Positions 35,701 through 44,368 of a stretch of 64,000 nucleotides of DNA are shown one piece after another (positions within the stretch are counted from its first letter, which is position 1; each line of letters starts with the position of its first letter). The notes beneath the pieces are model-generated. The model worked only from the letters and a program-made list of their open reading frames with translations. It was not told the DNA's origin and ran no database searches. Source of the stretch: a virus; IMG/VR virus record IMGVR_UViG_3300050821_010655, positions 1 through 64,000 of that record; one strand, written 5' to 3'. Made by a program: the position numbers and the translations under genes.

Positions 35701-38700
35701 GCCCTGATTCAACGTAGCTGTGATGGTGCGATCCGCATTGGTGATTGCCGAAGCCACTGCGCTCCCAAGGAAATACACCCCAGGCACGAACAGTGCCGGT
35801 GTCTGACCAGACAGGTTTGTGATCGTGCTCGATAAATAATTTGTGGAAATTTGATAGTCCTGTAGCGGTATATTTGTGGTGTGATTCCAATCGCCCCAGG
35901 TGTTCCAGAAATAACCGCCGCTCAGTCCCGGCACCTTGTCCGCGCTCGTCAGATTCTTATTCGCATCGTAGGCCGCTACCGTGCTAGCGCTGGCGAGTTG
36001 GTTGGTGAGTCCATTAGTGGTGACGCCGAAGTTGAAGGAGAGCAGAGAAAACACATCCAGGTTCGTGGCCGTGGTCAACCCGGTCCCGCCCACCATCGTC
36101 CAAGTGCCGTCATGCCACAGAGCATAAGATCCGTCCGCGTTGGTGAAGTAGATCCCCGAGGCGGTGTCCCACACTATCAGGTTGGTAAACAGTGGACCGT
36201 AGTAGGTCGGAAACAGCGTAATGACGTGGTTGTTTGTGGTCGCTCCGGTTTGGATGATGCCCTGAATCGCATTGGCCACAATCTGCCCGAGCGCGTTCGT
36301 GACCGTCGTGGACAGGTAGTTCGTTGAAATCTGCCAATCCTGCAAGGGGATATTGGTGAGATGATTCCAATCGCCCCAGGTGTTCCATAGTGCCGCCCCG
36401 CTGCCGTTCGACAGGTTTGTCAATGCCGTCGTTCCGAACTGCGCCTTCCAGAGAGAGGCCAGTGATTGTCCATCCGAGTTCGTTAGCCCAGCAGCGAGGC
36501 CGTTAAACTGTCCCCCGAACAGGGTTGTCACGTTGTTGCTGAATATGGCTTGCCCTCCGTTCGTGAGTGTGCCGGTAATCAAGCCCCAGCCTTGAACCCA
36601 AAGATTGCTTACAATGGTCAGGTTCGTGACGTTGTAGGTCGTCAATATACCGCCGCACAGGATCGCGGAAGGCGAGTTCGCCGCCGTCACATTGGTTTCC
36701 GTGAGGCAGCCGTTCGCTATCGTCACAACGAGTCCGTCTGTATTCGTCTCGCCCCAGCCGCCCGGATATTCCCAAGACCAGTTCGTGTTCTGAGTGCTGC
36801 CTCGGGCAATGATGGAGTTTGTGAATGGAACTGCCGACCCGCTGGCCGTCGAAGAAATTACACCTCCAGCCGCAGTGATTGTGGTGCCGTCAACTTTAAC
36901 CGCTCCGAATGCGCTGGACGTGGCCAGTGGCAATAATCCCGGAGATACGGTTCCGGTGGTGAGCGCGGAGGCGTTGAGGTTTGTCCCCTGTGACAGGTCA
37001 AAACTCCAAGCCCAATTCGTGTTTGAATCCTCGGTCATAAACGCCCCGGCCATCGGGTTATTCGGCCCACCCCAGGTTTTCACCCCGGAGTCCACCAGCG
37101 CATCGTAGTAGCCATGCCCATAGAAAGTGATGGAAGCATTATTGATGGCCGACGCCTGCTGAATGGTGGTGGCCCCACGGTTAGAACCCACCTTGATGAT
37201 TGTCCCAGCTACTTCCACCGCGCAACTTGGGGCGTTCGCAGCAGTGATGCCTTGGCACGTAAGCGACCCGTTCGTGGCGATGATTTCCCCACCCGTGACG
37301 TAGGTGTGACCCAGCTTCGTGTTGATCCCGCGCATGGTCTGTCCTAGAGCGCCAGCGTCGAGGTTCGTATTGTAGGCCGACACCAAGGAGCAATTCTCAA
37401 CCCGCAGGATTGAGTTTGTGTTTGCGGAAGCAGAGAACCCGGTGGGCAGGATCGTGATGCAGTCAAATGAACTGAACATTTTGCAGTTGCGGAATGTCGC
37501 GTCAAACGCACCCTGCAATCCCGCCGCTCCCGCCCGGTAAATAATGTCGGAGTAGTTGGTGAAGAACACCCCGTCGAACAAGATGTTTGCTGTAGTCAGC
37601 ACCTGCGGACAGTTCAGGTAAACCGGAAACGAGAAACCAGTATTTAATGTCGGCTGACCCCAAATCTCCCCACCCAGCATTGTAAAGTTTCCATCAATAC
37701 TCAGGAGCGTCTGGTGGGTGACATCGCCTACGTAATTTGTGAAGTACAAACGCGCTCCGTAAGCGAGGAAAATGTCATTGGACATTGTGATAAAACCATT
37801 GGTGTTGATGTAGGTCGAGGCGTCGTAAATCTCACCCGGCGCAAATCGAGTCACCTGCGCCGTTCCGGGCACCCTCAGCGCCACCCACCGTGCCCAGGTC
37901 TTGATTGGGTGCTGGGAATCCGCCCCGTTCCAGGCATCGTTTCCGTTCGTCGCATCGAACCAGAGCGATGGAGATGACGATAGGAAAAAGTTGATATTGG
38001 TGCCATAGAGATTGGTCAGGCCGGAGCCATCGCCGGTGAAACCTGGATGGCCCGAACCGGCATAATTAACAAAACCTGCATTCCATCCCTGTAGCAAACT
38101 TGGAGACGGACCCAAGACAAGTGTGGGAGTTACGCCAACCGATCCAACACTCAGGCTGATGGCATCTGTAGCAATGCCTGTATTCGTAATCGTAACAGGA
38201 CTGTCCGCTAAGGAGTTTGTCAAACGCGGATAGTTCAAATAAGTGTTTGTCGCACCTCCGTTTGCCATCTGCACAAATTGAGATTGATAAACAGAGTTGC
38301 TTTGGCTGGCTATGTTGGCCGACAAAATGTTGACCACGTTGGTATCGGTCTGGGCGCTGACAATATTGTTGGGCGCACTAAAAATCACCGTTGTATTTGA
38401 ACCCGCAACCAGCGGTACTCCGCCCCCTCCACCAGTGCTATTGATGGTCACTAGGTTTCCATTAGTGACCGCCACCACGTTGGTTCCCGCCGCCACGCCC
38501 ACTCCAGTTGTTCCTACTCGGGCATACCGACTATCCGTCACTGCCGCCGCCCACGCCACGCTGCCTGCCGGGAAGGTCGCCGCGCTGGAAGCCACCATAA
38601 TATCAGCCGCATTCACCACACCGGAAACCGTGTTGGTGACAAAAATCTTGAACTGCTCCTGCGCCCCGCCAAAGGGTGAGGCGCGGACGGTGATCAGGTA

Positions 38701-38961
38701 AAGGTAAGGTTGGGCGTTTGAGAAATAGTAAATGCCGTTGGAGTCGGTCAATCCCTGTACGGTTGCGCCCAGAACTACCGAAGGCGATTGCGCGTTGGGC
38801 ACGCTCATAGCCTGCACCCAAATCACGCGATTGGTGTAGTAGGGGGCGGCTTGTAAGCGAGAGTCGGTTAAATTCACTGCCACCGTCGTTGTCGTTTGGG
38901 CGGTCGCCCCAAGACAGACTAACAAGACAAACAGGATTAAAAGTCTAATTAAAGTTTTCAT
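32716..38961 (-). CDS. ~2080-aa TN-rich tail-fibre-like protein with signal peptide, beta-helix region and internal duplications
   Basis: MKTLIRLLILFVLLVCLGATA-Q; fibre motifs LPLATSSAFGAVKVDGTTI and ARLGSGSATSSTFLRGDQTW. Confidence 0.75.
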   Translation of the reverse strand: MKTLIRLLILFVLLVCLGATAQTTTTVAVNLTDSRLQAAPYYTNRVIWVQAMSVPNAQSPSVVLGATVQGLTDSNGIYYFSNAQPYLYLITVRASPFGGAQEQFKIFVTNTVSGVVNAADIMVASSAATFPAGSVAWAAAVTDSRYARVGTTGVGVAAGTNVVAVTNGNLVTINSTGGGGGVPLVAGSNTTVIFSAPNNIVSAQTDTNVVNILSANIASQSNSVYQSQFVQMANGGATNTYLNYPRLTNSLADSPVTITNTGIATDAISLSVGSVGVTPTLVLGPSPSLLQGWNAGFVNYAGSGHPGFTGDGSGLTNLYGTNINFFLSSSPSLWFDATNGNDAWNGADSQHPIKTWARWVALRVPGTAQVTRFAPGEIYDASTYINTNGFITMSNDIFLAYGARLYFTNYVGDVTHQTLLSIDGNFTMLGGEIWGQPTLNTGFSFPVYLNCPQVLTTANILFDGVFFTNYSDIIYRAGAAGLQGAFDATFRNCKMFSSFDCITILPTGFSASANTNSILRVENCSLVSAYNTNLDAGALGQTMRGINTKLGHTYVTGGEIIATNGSLTCQGITAANAPSCAVEVAGTIIKVGSNRGATTIQQASAINNASITFYGHGYYDALVDSGVKTWGGPNNPMAGAFMTEDSNTNWAWSFDLSQGTNLNASALTTGTVSPGLLPLATSSAFGAVKVDGTTITAAGGVISSTASGSAVPFTNSIIARGSTQNTNWSWEYPGGWGETNTDGLVVTIANGCLTETNVTAANSPSAILCGGILTTYNVTNLTIVSNLWVQGWGLITGTLTNGGQAIFSNNVTTLFGGQFNGLAAGLTNSDGQSLASLWKAQFGTTALTNLSNGSGAALWNTWGDWNHLTNIPLQDWQISTNYLSTTVTNALGQIVANAIQGIIQTGATTNNHVITLFPTYYGPLFTNLIVWDTASGIYFTNADGSYALWHDGTWTMVGGTGLTTATNLDVFSLLSFNFGVTTNGLTNQLASASTVAAYDANKNLTSADKVPGLSGGYFWNTWGDWNHTTNIPLQDYQISTNYLSSTITNLSGQTPALFVPGVYFLGSAVASAITNADRTITATLNQGGVATYAPYAGTVTNYILTNAIQTASSVASAVGYVTNEQYTLAQTWAGPTNLLAVTNELQTYTTTNDMQITNYVGGSAAIPGQVTLWITNGAATNCTLRFPLTGNNLTSILCPASSVTFCTFWLGASTNAWSETQTNIAWASNLAAGAVIGASDGSALWNVRISGANIASNTIPTARLGSGSATSSTFLRGDQTWVTPGGSTYYGPTFTNLIIWDTSTGIYFTNADGSYLLWHDGTLTDFGGNGLSVATNMDVYATAADSVHFTTNAFYLIAQPFNGPTNYLVVTNSLQTYSTTNDMQVTNYYGPINAAYPAQVTLIVTNGAATNCVLRFPITANGVSSIVCPASAVTFSTFWIGASTNAWSETATNIAWANNLLAGASIGASDGSALWNVRISAANLASNTVPTAALPPGLQLLSTNYGAGLSNLTKVYVTFASGGSVASNYNADGSINYALTDFATGFTNGLLIQTNFISSQWYTNFYGAPIIVQANVDLHVSNVSGQSDVNLWIPGAVTNSVGVTSSTLGFAADYTNIIAGMIPAGFAYTFTNNLAGAGDTATLFGGQLMVPGGTNIWGGTLTNAVVSTNVQAFANGDFALEVADGLIVENLTTANTVTVTNGLVNASSGYILASNTLPITASFANLSTASVIFWNSNGYALYLIGTNALTGLGYTNKIWPTAGVADLATTATTATTATTANALAAGGTIGSGVNGVNLTNTPPSGVLASNTFPVTASYANLGNGGMIFWNSNSYGLWLVETNPITGTASTNQIWPPQAANLIGTIPQGALPGGVLTNNDTRAPLFNGGNLTNLNSGALTGGVAVITWKAVAIRPGDTLPMTWTTNTPGTAFNLLQSAGLTFLGWQMSTSGTNNAILEFKMPPNYATGGSITGAVGVASGTNFSTKVTNVWSFAGARAGTALGTAVTFTNNLPITTGTCSTNWHMTAGFTLAGTPNPGDDCYIQVASWGGSPYWTSTNIEWLLNASISIPTTNGMWQTLTYP
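33400..36390 (-). repeat. interleaved internal duplications (order A B A C B C D D) within the giant gene
   Basis: A: WNTWGDWNH at ~36361 and ~35881; B: TYYGP.FTNL at ~36200 and ~35095; C: ~135 aa at ~35180-35590 and ~34490-34900; D: LASNT.P...IWP at ~33690-33840 and ~33400-33550. Confidence 0.85.
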
Positions 38962-39298
38962 TTTCAATCGTGGGTTCCCACTTCAGCCATTTAGGTGGAT
39001 GGTCGGGACACTGTTCGGTCGAGAGCATAATCTTATTCACGAGCCATCCCGAAGTCCGGCACCCGCATAAACTGCATCTTTTGTCCGACGGTCTAAACTT
39101 GTCGCACTTTTCACAAACAGACCACCGCTCTGCCTGAACTTCTTTGGGGGCTAAAATAGGTCTGTCGCAAACCGCTTGTGCCACCGTTCGCCCAAACGCC
39201 ATCGTCACGCTCGCCGCCTGACGCGCCAAGGACGGCAGTGCCGGTTCAGGTCGAACAGGTCCACGGGACGGGAATGGGTTTATAATATTTGTCATCAA
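38945..39298 (-). CDS. small Cys-rich protein (R..C..C...RC..CGC...CP...KW)
   Basis: ERWSVCEKC...RCSLCGC...EQCP..KW. Confidence 0.7.
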   Translation of the reverse strand: MMTNIINPFPSRGPVRPEPALPSLARQAASVTMAFGRTVAQAVCDRPILAPKEVQAERWSVCEKCDKFRPSDKRCSLCGCRTSGWLVNKIMLSTEQCPDHPPKWLKWEPTIENENFN

Positions 39299-40122
39299 AT
39301 TGTTTGGTAGACGGCTAATACCTCAGCCGGGGTAATGGAATTGATTTGAATGTCAGGGTGAACCACGGTTTTCATACCGGCAGGTACCCATTGCGGGTAA
39401 AGTTCGTTCCACAACGCCAAAGTAGGAATGCCCAAGGCATGTGCTAAATGTGAAATACCCGTCTCACTACCAATCAAGGCTCGACAGGCTTGCAGGGCGC
39501 TGGCAACCACGCTCAGGCTGGCGTTGCTCAACACCTTGGCGCTTCCGACAGGGAGTGCTTTGTAGAGGCGCGAGGCGGATAAGAAATCAACTCGCCCCTC
39601 GATCAACAACAACTTCACGCTTTTAACCAGTTCCTTGCACACCTCCAGCCACCTTTCAACAAACCAGTTCTTGCCAAGTTCACCCGTGGCATGGATCGCC
39701 ACATAACCGTTATACTCGGGGTTGGGCGTCACCCTGAAACTTGGGGTGTAATTCACGGTAGGCACGCTCAAGGAACTCAGGTGTTGCAACCGCTGGAGTC
39801 CGGGTGGAACGGCGCTGGCTAGATCAAGGACGCTGTTGACGGTGCTTGCCGCGCCATTCACGTTGGAAGTCTGGAAACCGCAGTTGATCCCAAGATCGTA
39901 GCCTGAAGAATCGGAGTAGATGATGGGCGATTCGCTGGTTCTCATCCGTCCATTCCACGCGCAGTCGCTCACCAGATTTGCGTCTTTCAAGAACTGGCTG
40001 TATTCAAAATCAACGTAACTGTGAATCACTGCCGTTGGGTAGAGCACGCGCAGGGCTTGGAGCATGGGCGATGCGATGATCAGGTCGCCCAAGGTCTGGT
40101 TTTGGCAAAAGGCGATTTTCAT
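39295..40122 (-). CDS. glycosyltransferase family 9 (heptosyltransferase-like)
   Basis: LGDLIIASP, AIH...KNW, IGSETGISHLAHALGIPTLAL. Confidence 0.85.
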   Translation of the reverse strand: MKIAFCQNQTLGDLIIASPMLQALRVLYPTAVIHSYVDFEYSQFLKDANLVSDCAWNGRMRTSESPIIYSDSSGYDLGINCGFQTSNVNGAASTVNSVLDLASAVPPGLQRLQHLSSLSVPTVNYTPSFRVTPNPEYNGYVAIHATGELGKNWFVERWLEVCKELVKSVKLLLIEGRVDFLSASRLYKALPVGSAKVLSNASLSVVASALQACRALIGSETGISHLAHALGIPTLALWNELYPQWVPAGMKTVVHPDIQINSITPAEVLAVYQTI

Positions 40123-43100
40123 GGGCAGTTCACCTTAATTCCTTGCGCCAAATAATCTGCCTCAAATCGACCATGAGCGCATTCGCACAAGTACGATCGG
40201 ATATATCGGCCCCAGACCGTATCAAATGCCAACGGGATAGCAGAATTAAAGGTATCTGGCGAAGCGTATCCTGGTCCAAAAGGTGGAATTAAAACGTTCC
40301 CGTTCACCGGACTCAACGTGTCCAACGCTGCCAACGAAAGATAACCGATATAAATTCCAGTCGGCAATACCGGTGCGCCTGCCGGAACTGCCAGAATATT
40401 CTCAGCGTAAGGTTCACGAAAATAGTAACGCGTACCCCCGCCAGAGGTATCATCCGGGCAGGTATCGGTCAGGCAGCTTCCGTCATCTTCCCCCCAGGTG
40501 CAAACCGTTGGACCTTCCCCGCTGGTCGAATATGTGACGCACGGGATGTGGGGCTTCATCCAGAATGGGTCTTGGATATGTTGAATGATTGCCGACTGTT
40601 GCATCGCCCCAAACCTGCCATCCAAGGTCAGAGTCGCCGGGACCGCCACAAAGGCGTTGGGCCACTGCTCACCGCTGGGATTGGTGATCGCGTCGTAACC
40701 GTTGCTGGTGATCGCCATGACTTGGGGATTGCACGGATCAAACGCAAGACACTCCTGAGTGGCGGTAAAGGTTGAAACCGCCTGCGGCATTCCGTGGGTG
40801 ACTTGCTTGGCGCGAATCAGAGTCGAAGATGCAGGCGCGGCGTCAGCGCATGATCCGGTGGCGGCGTACTGGTCCACCACTCGCTGGCGCTCCTGATAAT
40901 CCCTAAGATTAAAAAGCCAAACAACGTAAGCAAACTGCCCCTTGCTTTGATCGTCATCCCACCAGTAATCCGGTGCGCCGTTGACCGCGACAAAACCCGG
41001 ACCTGAGAAAGTCCCAGTGGGCGAGTGGTTGATTACGAAATGGCTGCTATCAATGGTCGAATCAACTGTGAACGTGGCGTTGACATCGATGCCGGAAACC
41101 CCACTGATCACCACCGAATCGCCCTTGGCTAACTGGGTGGCGTTGCCGGTAGTGATTTCGGTTTTGGTCACCCCGCCAATCACCGTGCTGTAGGCGTTGA
41201 TGACCGACACTCGCCCGCAAATCCCCGGCGCAGACGGAAATCTGAGTTTGCCCATGATGCCGTTTCCGCCAAAACTATTGCAGTCCAGAGGATAGACATA
41301 ACCCGGCGCAAAGTCTTTCAGAACCAAGGTGTAGTTGGTGCTGGAGTTTTTGGTTGCCTGATAAAGCCCGGTCGGCACCACGGATGAGCCACAGACCCAA
41401 ACCAAATCCGCCGTGTTGATGGCGGTCGCGCTGTTAATATCGACACTGGCGATCCCGCTGCTGCTGGCTTGAATACAACGCACGGTCGTCTCATCCAAGT
41501 CGTACCGATCCGCCCCGCAAGGACGATCAAAGTTGACTGATGGACGCGGCACTTTTATTTCCGCCCACTCCTGACCGATTAACACGCCGTTCCAAAAGTA
41601 TTTCCACTGCCCATAAGGCAAACTCCCCGGCGCTCCGATACAGGGAATCGGGATAGCCAGTCCGCTATAGCCCGTTCCAGGTCCAAACGGATAACCGTCA
41701 GCACAAGGAGGCGTCCCGCAACTCACACCGGTAAAGGCATTGTAGTTCTCAGTCCATTCGGTGGCGGTCTTGGGGATTCCCGCATCGGTCGGGTCGGTGG
41801 CGTTGGTCTCGCCCGCAAACGCCCCGTAGGCGTAGCGGTAAGAACCCACCGTGCTGGAATCTCCACAGCACGCCCGCCATGTCACATGGTTAAAATCAAA
41901 GTAACCTCTGTCCAGACCGTCAAAAGGAACCGGCGCACCCTTTATACTCCCATCATAAAGCAATGAGTTGCCGTCCACCCAAGGAACGGTGTTGGTGGGG
42001 TAATCCGCCCAGCATTCGCCAATCGCAGGAGCCACACCACCCATCGGCTCGCTGTAGTGGACGATTGGGGCGACATTGCAATGCTCGTCCGCCCGCCACG
42101 GATATTGCAGGTCGTCTGAGAGATTCCACTTCTTTCTCAACGTTATCCAATCTGCATTTACGTCAGCCGAAGTATAGGGGACGGTTAGACTGCCGGTAAC
42201 AGTGATGGTTACAGTTGAACTTCCAAAACTGCCCATGCCAATCCCGTTGGCTCCATGCGTGTAGGCAGTGTCACTGCTGTAAGTGATGTACTCGTGCCAC
42301 TGAAGGACACCACCGCCGTCGTATCGGTTGTAACTAAAGTTTCCGGTGGAAGTATCCACTGTGGCGATCTTATAAATGTTTCCCGTGCCCGCATAATAGG
42401 ATGTAAAAGTCAGGGATGATCCTGATTTAACAATCGTGATGTCATAGGCGCAAGGCACGTTGACGCACGCCACTTCCAGCACAATCCGGTAAAAAAGTGA
42501 CAACGATTGATTCTTGTTGACCAGCATTCCGGCAGGAGGCGGACAATAGGTGTCGCCGCAGGTCACACTGGGGCAACTCACATCGCTGAATCCATTAAAT
42601 AGCAAGTCATGCGCTTCCTGCGTCCAAATGTCCGCACCTGAACCGCCGCCGCTGCATGCGCGGGTCATTACTCCGCTATAACGGTCGATTGAAGCCGAAC
42701 GTGAGACACTGCCGCTGCCGGGATTGCTCCCACCCGCAGCAACAAAAGAACAGGTAACGGTTTCAGTTAGATAATGGTTGGTGTCGGGCGTTGTCTGCTC
42801 AAACTCAATATCCAACCCATTGCACTCAGATGGCAGTGATCCACCACCGGCACAAGTGGCCGATCCAAACCCAACCTGCTTGCCAAGGTCGGTTAACCCC
42901 GATGGGTCGTGACTGCGGTAAGAAAATTTTCCGTGCCACGACTTCCACACCTGAATATTTTTGAAGCCGATCTTCCGGCACAGCGACATATCCACGTTTT
43001 TGCCGGATGAAATAAAACAGTTAAACCCCACCGTCTTGTGCGTGGTGTCCACCGAATGGCAGGCAATCCAATCTGATGGGTTGTCCGCCAAATTGCCCGT

Positions 43101-43739
43101 AACCCATGTATCGCACTTGGGTTCGCCCCCGCGATTTCCACAACCCGAGGCGCAGGGACCGGGGCAGTTGCCGGTTGTGCTGGCAGGCCAAATGGTGTCG
43201 CACCGATTGGGACCGCCGCAGGTGCCGCCTCCGCCTGAGTCTGACAGTCTTGGATAGGGCAATATTCCAGTCGAACTCCAAAGCCGGTTGCTGAACACCA
43301 GTCCAAGTTGACATCCAGTGCCCAATCCGCCTGAGACTGAGTTGGGGGTTGTGGGGTCAACCGTATAAAGACCCGCATTAGCCAGCGTCACGGTCTTAAC
43401 CCCGCCTGTTCCGTCAATCGTTGCCACCGTGGCTTGGGCTGACGTGCCGGTGCCGCCCACTACGGTCAGGGCGTCACTAACATGATAACCTGATCCTTTG
43501 GCAAAGACCGAGAAAGATGAGACTACGTTGGTCGGCTGTGAACAGGCTTGATCGGCGTTGCAACTCTCGGGGATTGTACCGCCCGGAGGACACATCCAGT
43601 CATTAACCTTTGTGGACTGAATCCAACCCGGAACCGCCTTCTCGGAGGCTCTTTGATGGCGATAACACGCGCCGGATGTGGGCGTTCTCCACCCCAAACA
43701 AGGACTCCTCCAAGGGGGACCAACCCCACCAGAACTCAT
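40119..43739 (-). CDS. 1206-aa Cys/Gly-rich tail-tip or structural protein
   Basis: About 46 Cys by my count; GSGY...GGTGTSAQATV structural repeat; GDSVVISGV module; tail-distal position. Confidence 0.65.
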   Translation of the reverse strand: MSSGGVGPPWRSPCLGWRTPTSGACYRHQRASEKAVPGWIQSTKVNDWMCPPGGTIPESCNADQACSQPTNVVSSFSVFAKGSGYHVSDALTVVGGTGTSAQATVATIDGTGGVKTVTLANAGLYTVDPTTPNSVSGGLGTGCQLGLVFSNRLWSSTGILPYPRLSDSGGGGTCGGPNRCDTIWPASTTGNCPGPCASGCGNRGGEPKCDTWVTGNLADNPSDWIACHSVDTTHKTVGFNCFISSGKNVDMSLCRKIGFKNIQVWKSWHGKFSYRSHDPSGLTDLGKQVGFGSATCAGGGSLPSECNGLDIEFEQTTPDTNHYLTETVTCSFVAAGGSNPGSGSVSRSASIDRYSGVMTRACSGGGSGADIWTQEAHDLLFNGFSDVSCPSVTCGDTYCPPPAGMLVNKNQSLSLFYRIVLEVACVNVPCAYDITIVKSGSSLTFTSYYAGTGNIYKIATVDTSTGNFSYNRYDGGGVLQWHEYITYSSDTAYTHGANGIGMGSFGSSTVTITVTGSLTVPYTSADVNADWITLRKKWNLSDDLQYPWRADEHCNVAPIVHYSEPMGGVAPAIGECWADYPTNTVPWVDGNSLLYDGSIKGAPVPFDGLDRGYFDFNHVTWRACCGDSSTVGSYRYAYGAFAGETNATDPTDAGIPKTATEWTENYNAFTGVSCGTPPCADGYPFGPGTGYSGLAIPIPCIGAPGSLPYGQWKYFWNGVLIGQEWAEIKVPRPSVNFDRPCGADRYDLDETTVRCIQASSSGIASVDINSATAINTADLVWVCGSSVVPTGLYQATKNSSTNYTLVLKDFAPGYVYPLDCNSFGGNGIMGKLRFPSAPGICGRVSVINAYSTVIGGVTKTEITTGNATQLAKGDSVVISGVSGIDVNATFTVDSTIDSSHFVINHSPTGTFSGPGFVAVNGAPDYWWDDDQSKGQFAYVVWLFNLRDYQERQRVVDQYAATGSCADAAPASSTLIRAKQVTHGMPQAVSTFTATQECLAFDPCNPQVMAITSNGYDAITNPSGEQWPNAFVAVPATLTLDGRFGAMQQSAIIQHIQDPFWMKPHIPCVTYSTSGEGPTVCTWGEDDGSCLTDTCPDDTSGGGTRYYFREPYAENILAVPAGAPVLPTGIYIGYLSLAALDTLSPVNGNVLIPPFGPGYASPDTFNSAIPLAFDTVWGRYIRSYLCECAHGRFEADYLAQGIKVNCP

Positions 43740-43822
43740 GTTGACCTCCTAAATGTTGTGGGGTATAAGAAAGAAGCGGCCCGACCGTCTGATAAACAAA
43801 GTCGAGCCGCTAAAACTGAACT

Positions 43823-44353
43823 ATGAATAAAAAGTACTGCACGCCGGAGTTTTTGCAAGCCCAAGGTTTCTCCTCGACAATTATTGATCGGTTTTGGGCA
43901 AAGGTTAATAAGAATGGACCAATTCCTCCACATTGCCCAGAGTTGGGTCCATGTTGGGTTTGGACAGCGGGACGAAATAAGTATGGTTATGGAAGAATCA
44001 ATGGTGGGTACAAAAGAATCATCACATGTTCTCAACGAGTCAGTTGGATTATCCATTTTGGGGAAATTCCAAAAGAAAAACCATGCGTTTTGCATCATTG
44101 TGATAACCGCCTGTGTGTACGTCCTAGCCATCTTTGGGTTGGAACAAGAACAGACAATAGTAGAGATATGGTCCAAAAAGGACGCAAAGAGCATGGAGAG
44201 GAACATCACAATCATACTCTTACAGAAAAAGAAGTTCTTCAAATAAGGGAAATCGGGACGGCTATGACACAACAACATATTGCCGATATTTTTCGATGCT
44301 GTAGAAGAAACATAGGTAAAATTCTTCATCGAAAACTTTGGCGACATATTTAG
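43823..44353 (+). CDS. HNH homing endonuclease with C-terminal HTH, antisense to the late operon
   Basis: CWVWTAG, YGRI, VLHHCDNRLCVRPSHL..GT..DN..D; upstream TTGACC/TATAAG and hairpin. Confidence 0.9.
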   Translation: MNKKYCTPEFLQAQGFSSTIIDRFWAKVNKNGPIPPHCPELGPCWVWTAGRNKYGYGRINGGYKRIITCSQRVSWIIHFGEIPKEKPCVLHHCDNRLCVRPSHLWVGTRTDNSRDMVQKGRKEHGEEHHNHTLTEKEVLQIREIGTAMTQQHIADIFRCCRRNIGKILHRKLWRHI

Positions 44354-44368
44354 TCCGATAGGCATAGG

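Noticed and set aside
33400-36390. Diversity-generating retroelement TR/VR pairs
   Set aside because: No reverse transcriptase in the window; both copies are in-frame coding and differences are not restricted to adenines.
43736-44365. 209-aa minus-strand ORF or a group I intron around the HNH
   Set aside because: It is the antisense shadow of the HNH gene; the flanking genes have their own stop and start, and I see no intron core.
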